A stretch of DNA of 64,000 bases, taken from positions 64,001 to 128,000 of IMG/VR virus record IMGVR_UViG_3300023049_000574. One strand, 5' to 3'. The notes beneath the pieces are model-generated. The model ran no database searches. It was not told the DNA's origin and saw nothing but the letters and a program-made list of their open reading frames with translations. A program made the position numbers and the translations under genes. This document shows, one piece after another, positions 58,293 through 64,000 of the stretch. Source of the DNA: a virus. The stretch's first letter is position 1. Each line of letters starts with the position of its first letter.

Positions 58293-58814
58293 TTTCTTTC
58301 TTATTATTTCTTCTGCTTTTTCGTTATGTTCGATAGCTTCTTCTTCAGTCATATTAACAAATTCGACTTTTTTGACAGCACCCACTGTTCCAAAATCATC
58401 ATTTTTACCTACTCTAGCAACTCGATAACCAATTATATTTGGTACATAATTACCACCATCGTCACGACCCCAATGTTTTTGTACACTAACTATCTCGAAG
58501 ATATAATGTTTCTTAGCTAACCCACCTTTTTCTGTTAAGTTTTTAAACTTTATATACCTTCCAATGTCCTTTTTTAATTCGTGATCTTTAACAGTAAGAC
58601 CTACTACATCAGTTATTTCTTTAGCGGTTTGGTGTTTATTATCATGTTTTTCGGCTTCTTCTTCCTTATCGAAATCAGGGTTATCATAATTATCTAATAG
58701 TTCTCTTTCGTGGTTTGATAATGAATCTAAGCCCGTATCTGAGATTTTATCTAATATTGCGTTTAGTTCTGTTTGTGATAAATTAGCTTGTTCAAATGTC
58801 TTAACGTATTTCAT
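58281..58814 (-). CDS. MKYVKTFE-family protein with DUF6576-like motif
   Basis: LNAILDKISDTGLDSLSNHERELL. Confidence 0.6.
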   Translation of the reverse strand: MKYVKTFEQANLSQTELNAILDKISDTGLDSLSNHERELLDNYDNPDFDKEEEAEKHDNKHQTAKEITDVVGLTVKDHELKKDIGRYIKFKNLTEKGGLAKKHYIFEIVSVQKHWGRDDGGNYVPNIIGYRVARVGKNDDFGTVGAVKKVEFVNMTEEEAIEHNEKAEEIIRKKLGI

Positions 58815-58828
58815 TTTATTATATTTTT

Positions 58829-59290
58829 TTAAAAAGTGAATTGGTCTAAACCACCACCTTTCTTAACTATATTATTTACTGTTTTAGTAGAGGCTATTAT
58901 CTTTTCTAGATCAGTTATATCAACATCATTGTTCACTGTCAGTAAACCAAAAGGTTTTAATCCGTAACTTGGATTCACGACTTCTTGGATATTAAAAGTA
59001 TACCCAAGTCTATTTTTATTAAAGATATAAACGATCTTTTCTAATAAGTTCATATCAATCTTCATTTCACTTTCAGGATAAAATATTCTAATAGTTTTAC
59101 CTTCTTTAATTTCTTTTCCCTTTTCGTCAGTGCCAATGATTTTAACTTCTATCCTATATTTTTTATCTTCTTTACTAATGACTTCTAAATATCCTTCATT
59201 ATCGTTATCAGATATAAAGTTATAGTCCTTTAAGTATATTCTACCTAATTGGATTTTCTCAAATATTTTATAGCTAAGTAAATGCTTCAT
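58829..59290 (-). CDS. MKHLLSYKIFE-family hypothetical protein
   Basis: TAATATATA upstream on the minus strand. Confidence 0.55.
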   Translation of the reverse strand: MKHLLSYKIFEKIQLGRIYLKDYNFISDNDNEGYLEVISKEDKKYRIEVKIIGTDEKGKEIKEGKTIRIFYPESEMKIDMNLLEKIVYIFNKNRLGYTFNIQEVVNPSYGLKPFGLLTVNNDVDITDLEKIIASTKTVNNIVKKGGGLDQFTF

Positions 59291-59391
59291 AACGTATATA
59301 TTATTTATTTAGATTTAGTATTAAGTCAGTAGTAAGTAATTTACTATATTCGGCTATTTCTTCATCTGTTAGCTTATCCCTTACTCTTTTA

Positions 59392-60171
59392 TCACGTAAT
59401 AAATTCTTCTTGTTTACTATTATTCTCATTCATTTTCTTAATCATATCCTTAACAAGTGGTCTACCTTTAGCAAACTTTTTAACTTCCTCTTTAGATAAA
59501 CTAGTATATACTCTTGGATCATTAAGTAATAGATATACTACATCATCATGACCACCCCTTGCTGCGCTTCTAATAGCTCGGTTATACCTATCACTCGGAT
59601 CAACTCTTTTGTCTTGAAGTAATAATTTAACTATATCTAAATAACCATTTTCTGCTGCATCTAGTATAGTAATATTATTATTAGCACTCGGATCAACTCT
59701 TTTATCTTGAAGTAATAACTTAACAGTACTTAAACTTCTATTTTCTGCTGCTAACCTTAATGCATTATTATTATCAGCACTCGGATCAACTCTTACGTCT
59801 TCTAATAAGATTTGAAGTGCGTCTGTATATCCTCTTGCCGCAAACCACATTATAAGAGAATTATTATTATCACTTGGATCAACTCTATGGTCTTTTACTA
59901 AGGTTTTGAATATATCGTTATGATAATTAATAGCCGCATATTTTATTGCCCTTTTATTATCAGCATTAGGATCAACTCTTTCGTCTTTAAGTAATTCTTT
60001 AACTATATCATAGTGTCCTAATTGTGATGTTATTTTTAGAGCAACGTTCCCACTCTTACTAGGATCAACTTCTTTAATTAACTTTTTAACAGTTTTGATA
60101 TCACCTTCGCTACAAGCATCAGTAAATAGAACATCTTTAGAAATAGATTCAAATAATTTAATATACTTCAT
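59392..60171 (-). CDS. Ankyrin-repeat protein (31-aa repeats) with MKYIKLFE N-terminus
   Basis: DxRVDPSxxNN repeats; GGATCAACT recurs every 93 bp. Confidence 0.85.
   Translation of the reverse strand: MKYIKLFESISKDVLFTDACSEGDIKTVKKLIKEVDPSKSGNVALKITSQLGHYDIVKELLKDERVDPNADNKRAIKYAAINYHNDIFKTLVKDHRVDPSDNNNSLIMWFAARGYTDALQILLEDVRVDPSADNNNALRLAAENRSLSTVKLLLQDKRVDPSANNNITILDAAENGYLDIVKLLLQDKRVDPSDRYNRAIRSAARGGHDDVVYLLLNDPRVYTSLSKEEVKKFAKGRPLVKDMIKKMNENNSKQEEFIT
59597..60072 (-). repeat. Coding tandem repeat, 93-bp period (ankyrin)
   Basis: GGATCAACT at 59597, 59690, 59783, 59876, 59969 and 60062. Confidence 0.8.
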
Positions 60172-60202
60172 TTATTATATATTAATTCTTATATTTGTAT
60201 TT

Positions 60203-60706
60203 ATGAATTTGATAATGGGTAAAGGCATACTAAAGTTTGATCCACCGAACAAGACGAAAAAACATGACCGTCAAAGTTCTTGGAAAAAGACTGCTATGAT
60301 CCACATCAATGATGATGTATGTGAATATTACAGATGGATAATTTCAAAAAGGTATCCTTATACCCAAGGAGTTAAAGGAGAAAATAATTGGATCAATTTA
60401 CCTTTACGTGGATCTCATGTTACTATTCTTAATGATAGAATAGAGGATATTAATGTTTGGAATAAGATGAAAGAAAAGTATGACAATACTGAAATGTTTT
60501 TTTTTTATAATTGGGATGGGTTAAGAAATAATGGAGAACATATTTATTTCAAAGTAGAATGCCCAATGGGACAAGAAGTAAGGAACTATGGTAATTTAGG
60601 AGATCCTTATTTTCCATACCACATGACAATAGGGCTTGTACCCGAAGAAAGTGTAATTAAAAGTGAACACAATTTAAAGGTTCAGGACTATATGATAAAC
60701 AGATAA
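60203..60706 (+). CDS. 2H phosphoesterase-like protein
   Basis: Two HxT motifs, SHVTIL and YHMTIG; TATATTTG at 60190-60197. Confidence 0.65.
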   Translation: MNLIMGKGILKFDPPNKTKKHDRQSSWKKTAMIHINDDVCEYYRWIISKRYPYTQGVKGENNWINLPLRGSHVTILNDRIEDINVWNKMKEKYDNTEMFFFYNWDGLRNNGEHIYFKVECPMGQEVRNYGNLGDPYFPYHMTIGLVPEESVIKSEHNLKVQDYMINR

Positions 60707-60729
60707 CTAAAATAACTAAAATAAATATT

Positions 60730-60954
60730 ATGAACAATTATGAATTGATGGTCATATTAATGACCCTAGAAGTATTAAACTTATTCGCATCATATGGGAT
60801 GTCATTTTGGTTTGATAATGAAAAATTGTTGATTCCTTTTACTAATATTTGGGTGAGAAATCGATTAGTAAATAAAAGCAGGTTTCATAAAATGATTATA
60901 CCAAACACAGTAATATGGTTAGGTATAATTATAATTATGTTGATATATGTCTGA
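60730..60954 (+). CDS. Small two-TM membrane protein
   Basis: Hydrophobic termini. Confidence 0.5.
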   Translation: MNNYELMVILMTLEVLNLFASYGMSFWFDNEKLLIPFTNIWVRNRLVNKSRFHKMIIPNTVIWLGIIIIMLIYV

Positions 60955-61342
60955 TATTTTAATAGACGATCTTCCCGAAGACATATATGGTGACCATATA
61001 TGTGTGATCATACCTGAGGGATATGAAGATTTTAAATTAGGAAGTTCATATAGACCTAATGGGATGGGTGGTATGTTTAAGAGAAAGGGATCAACTAAGT
61101 GGGAAACTTCTTGGGGAATAGATATACCTGATGCTGAATATGCATATGGCTATAACATGAATGGTCACACTTGGGACGCAGTAACAGGAGCATCAACGGA
61201 AATAAATATTATGATACCATATGAAGTCTTGATCAGACATTTTAAACACGTTAATGCCTTCACTTCTAATGAAGAAGTACAAGCCTTTATTAAAAGGGTT
61301 AATAGAGATATTAAAATCGATGATATTTTAGATGAAAAATAA
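60947..61342 (+). CDS. Hypothetical protein with RDxKID tag
   Basis: Ends RDIKIDDILDEK. Confidence 0.6.
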   Translation: MSDILIDDLPEDIYGDHICVIIPEGYEDFKLGSSYRPNGMGGMFKRKGSTKWETSWGIDIPDAEYAYGYNMNGHTWDAVTGASTEINIMIPYEVLIRHFKHVNAFTSNEEVQAFIKRVNRDIKIDDILDEK

Positions 61343-61586
61343 CTGCTATATAATACCTTTTAGTAGAAGGAATTTAAATTTTGTGACTGATCATTTTTTA
61401 ATAGGAGACATTATCAGTAAAGATGGTGTTTTATTAGTTTCTGAATTCATATTAATAGATTTAAACCTAATGTTATTTAGTTTTCTTAATGAAGAAGAAG
61501 CCGAAGGTCATAAGGAAGTTAGTCGCAATGAGATAATAACATTAGCTAGGGATTATAAAATAAATAACATTTTAGATAATGAGTAA
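61332..61586 (+). CDS. Small protein with RDxKI tag
   Basis: Ends RDYKINNILDNE. Confidence 0.6.
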   Translation: MKNNCYIIPFSRRNLNFVTDHFLIGDIISKDGVLLVSEFILIDLNLMLFSFLNEEEAEGHKEVSRNEIITLARDYKINNILDNE

Positions 61587-61839
61587 GTATTATTTAATAG
61601 CAAATAAAAATGAAGTTGATTTTGTGTCTACTTATTTTAAGTTCACTTCTACTGAACATACCCACAAGTCTCTTGTAGGATATACTAATTATTTGTATAT
61701 TAACACAGATACTATGACTTATACATTCGAGGAATTGTTAGGTTTTAATGAAATGGCAGAACATAAATTGATCAACATTAAAGACCTTCGATATATAGCA
61801 AGAGATATTAAGATCGATAAAATATTAGAAGATGTCTAA
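61579..61839 (+). CDS. Small protein with RDxKID tag
   Basis: MSKYY...RDIKIDKILEDV. Confidence 0.6.
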   Translation: MSKYYLIANKNEVDFVSTYFKFTSTEHTHKSLVGYTNYLYINTDTMTYTFEELLGFNEMAEHKLINIKDLRYIARDIKIDKILEDV

Positions 61840-62098
61840 GTATTACTTTTTAAATTTATTTGGCTTAAGAAGTGAATTACTTGAACTTGGATTTAAGGAA
61901 GACGATAAGCGTATATTTCCTATGGAAATGAATTACATGGCAGTAGATCTAAATAAAAAAACTTTCTTCGCTGAGGAATACGCAGAAGCGGTAATAAAAA
62001 GGTTAGACTATAAAGCAATACCCGTGGAATATTTTATGAAGAAGTTAGTTGTGTTTCAAAGAGATAAGAAAATCGATAATATTTTAAACGATGAATAA
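61832..62098 (+). CDS. Small protein with RDxKID tag
   Basis: MSKYY...RDKKIDNILNDE. Confidence 0.6.
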   Translation: MSKYYFLNLFGLRSELLELGFKEDDKRIFPMEMNYMAVDLNKKTFFAEEYAEAVIKRLDYKAIPVEYFMKKLVVFQRDKKIDNILNDE

Positions 62099-62360
62099 AT
62101 ACGTAATTAAAATAAGTATGGAATCGACTACTTATCTAAAAGATTTGGGATTTTATTCAGAAGACGAAAAACACTTTAACAAATATTTTGAACACCTTAA
62201 CAAATATTTTGAATACTTCTCAATAAACTTAGAAAAACAATCAGTTATATCTCATACATCACACGATTTGTTATACCAAGAAGTTAGGTTGATTTCCTTA
62301 GCAGAACTTAAAGCTATACTAAGAGATAAGAGAATTGATAATATATTAAATAATGAGTAA
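62091..62360 (+). CDS. Small protein with RDxRID tag
   Basis: MNKYV...RDKRIDNILNNE; internal 21-bp duplication (HFNKYFE/HLNKYFE). Confidence 0.6.
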   Translation: MNKYVIKISMESTTYLKDLGFYSEDEKHFNKYFEHLNKYFEYFSINLEKQSVISHTSHDLLYQEVRLISLAELKAILRDKRIDNILNNE

Positions 62361-62646
62361 ATATTCTTTAATATTATCACCCCCCTTTAATACTGATGAT
62401 AGTATAGATCATATCGTTGGGTATATTATGGAAAACTTTGAGTATAGCGATACTATCCTCAACTATGATCAAATCAAATTTAAACTAAATATCGGTTTAC
62501 TTATAAGAAGCGTGTGGGTGGATACGGAAGAAATGACATGTGTAGTAGACTTGGAATTGGAAGAAGACGAAGATGATTATATAAATATATCCAAACTTAA
62601 ATCAATATTAAGGGAAGAAAAAATTGATAACTTATTGAATGATTAG
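62353..62646 (+). CDS. Small protein with RExKID tag
   Basis: MSKYS...REEKIDNLLND. Confidence 0.6.
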   Translation: MSKYSLILSPPFNTDDSIDHIVGYIMENFEYSDTILNYDQIKFKLNIGLLIRSVWVDTEEMTCVVDLELEEDEDDYINISKLKSILREEKIDNLLND

Positions 62647-62661
62647 TATCTTTGTCCTATT

Positions 62662-63666
62662 ATGGGAGGCAATGCAATAAAAATAGCGGAAAGAGTACCG
62701 AAAGATAAATTCTTTGAATATGCGAAGAAGATTATTCCTATGGTCGAAAAAGCATTTGATACTAAGGTATCAATGGTTAATAGTTTTAAAAACAAAACTG
62801 ACTTTGGTGATTTAGATCTATTAGTATTAGAGAATAAAAATATTTTGAATAGAAGAAAAGTTATTGAACAAACATTTGATCCACAAGAGATTAAAGTTAA
62901 CTCTCATATCATCAGTTTTAACCATAACGAATTACAAGTAGATTTAATTTTCACATCTAAGGAAGATTGGGGAACATCTAAGATCTTCTTCGAATGGGGT
63001 GATCTTGGGAACTTCATGGGCAAGCTAATTAATAACTATGGAGATTTAGCTGACCACGGATACTTATTGAAATACGGATTCGATGGACTAAAGTGTAAGA
63101 TCTTAGAACAAGGTAAAACCAAATTAGTCTTTATCTCTAAAGATAATAAAGAAGTATTCAAATTCTTAGGATTAGACTTCAATAAGTGGGAAGAAGGTTT
63201 TAATGATAAACTAGATATGTTTGATTACGTCATCACCTCTCCTATGTTTGACTATCCTGCTTTCCAATGGGAAAACTTAAACAGTATTAACAAGGATCGC
63301 AATAAAAGACGACCTGCTTATATCGAGTTCTTAGAATATATTAAGGATCATAAGAAAGTAATTCCTTGGAATAACCATCCAAAAGAATATTTAGATATTA
63401 TTAAAAATTTCTTTAGTGTTGATCTTTTAGAAGAAAGAAAGAATTTTACCAAAGATATTGTTATTAAAAATATTATCAAAGATAAGTTTAATGGTACTAT
63501 TATTAAGGAACTGATTCCTTATCTAGACGGAAAGGAACTAGGTAAGTTTATAGATAGTTATAAAAAATCAAAGGAAAATTTTGATCAATATGTATATGAA
63601 ACTGATAGAGTATATGTAGCACAAAATATTCTTGATTTTTGGCACACTATATATACTACCAAATAG
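62662..63666 (+). CDS. Pol-beta/PolX-like nucleotidyltransferase-fold phage protein
   Basis: MGGNA; KTDFGDLDLL; LQVDLI; TATCTTTG at 62647-62654. Confidence 0.6.
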   Translation: MGGNAIKIAERVPKDKFFEYAKKIIPMVEKAFDTKVSMVNSFKNKTDFGDLDLLVLENKNILNRRKVIEQTFDPQEIKVNSHIISFNHNELQVDLIFTSKEDWGTSKIFFEWGDLGNFMGKLINNYGDLADHGYLLKYGFDGLKCKILEQGKTKLVFISKDNKEVFKFLGLDFNKWEEGFNDKLDMFDYVITSPMFDYPAFQWENLNSINKDRNKRRPAYIEFLEYIKDHKKVIPWNNHPKEYLDIIKNFFSVDLLEERKNFTKDIVIKNIIKDKFNGTIIKELIPYLDGKELGKFIDSYKKSKENFDQYVYETDRVYVAQNILDFWHTIYTTK

Positions 63667-64000
63667 TTTTAAGCATTTCGGGACTTATCTTAACTATACC
63701 ATTATCACCTTTTAGGACATAAACACCAAGAGAAGTAAATTCATTTACGATGTTATTTACTTTCTCGATCTCTTTTTTGTCTAGATCTTTTAAACTTTCT
63801 ATTAAGTTAATCATTTCTTCATATCTTAATTCTATTCTATTCCCTAAAAAGTAAATTAGATTAAAGTTAGCGTCTTGGTACTTTTCTATTTCACCTCTTA
63901 TAGATAATTCATGTGAAAAGTGATTAAGGCTAGTTTCTACACCAATAGAAGGCATAGAAAATCTCCAACCATCAAAAACAAATTCTCTTGTCTGATGATC
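63656..64000 (-). CDS. Partial hypothetical protein; 5' end probably outside the window
   Basis: ORF track 63656..63955; the frame appears to continue to the window edge. Confidence 0.45.
   Translation of the reverse strand, partial: DHQTREFVFDGWRFSMPSIGVETSLNHFSHELSIRGEIEKYQDANFNLIYFLGNRIELRYEEMINLIESLKDLDKKEIEKVNNIVNEFTSLGVYVLKGDNGIVKISPEMLKTIW

Noticed and set aside
59597-60072. Regularly spaced short DNA repeats resembling a CRISPR array
   Set aside because: The 93-bp period is in frame within the ankyrin ORF, the repeats are degenerate, and no cas genes are present.
1-64000. Alternative genetic code (TAG or TGA recoding, as in some Bacteroidota megaphages)
   Set aside because: Long ORFs are intact under the standard code, TAG and TGA end genes at sensible positions, and no suppressor tRNA was seen.
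1-64000. Eukaryotic giant virus or bacterial chromosome origin
   Set aside because: Bacterial promoter motifs, intrinsic terminators, overlapping operons, ClpC and S1 argue against a giant virus. Scattered lone host-like genes among unknown ORFs argue against a chromosome. No capsid or terminase gene lies in the window, so phage identity remains an inference.

Overview
Very AT-rich, gene-dense segment of what is most likely a jumbo/mega-phage infecting a Bacteroidota host. Evidence: many short unknown ORFs, two tRNA clusters, host-like auxiliary genes (ClpC, S1, Adk, rhomboid, MarC, AlkB), long Asn/Thr-rich putative virion proteins, and repeated Bacteroidota-type TAnnTTTG promoter elements. 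The standard genetic code reads through cleanly. Main finding: both tRNA clusters (40.8-41.2 kb and 49.2-49.6 kb) sit behind a short leader ORF, an antiterminator and an intrinsic terminator. Each leader is enriched in the codons read by the tRNAs downstream (Ser/Arg; Ile-AUA/Ala/Arg-AGA). This suggests ribosome-stalling attenuators that switch on phage tRNAs when those tRNAs are limiting. Three of the tRNAs share a non-canonical fold: no D-arm, a D-loop-like GG segment 3' of the anticodon arm, and a conserved UGAAAA. Other patterns: an N-terminal MKYIKxFE motif on genes preceded by TAATATATA; KKLNE-punctuated multi-domain proteins; a C-terminal RDxKIDxIL tag on about 17 unrelated proteins; a split Type ISP-like restriction-modification operon; and three promoter classes. 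All calls come from motifs read by eye; no database searches were run.
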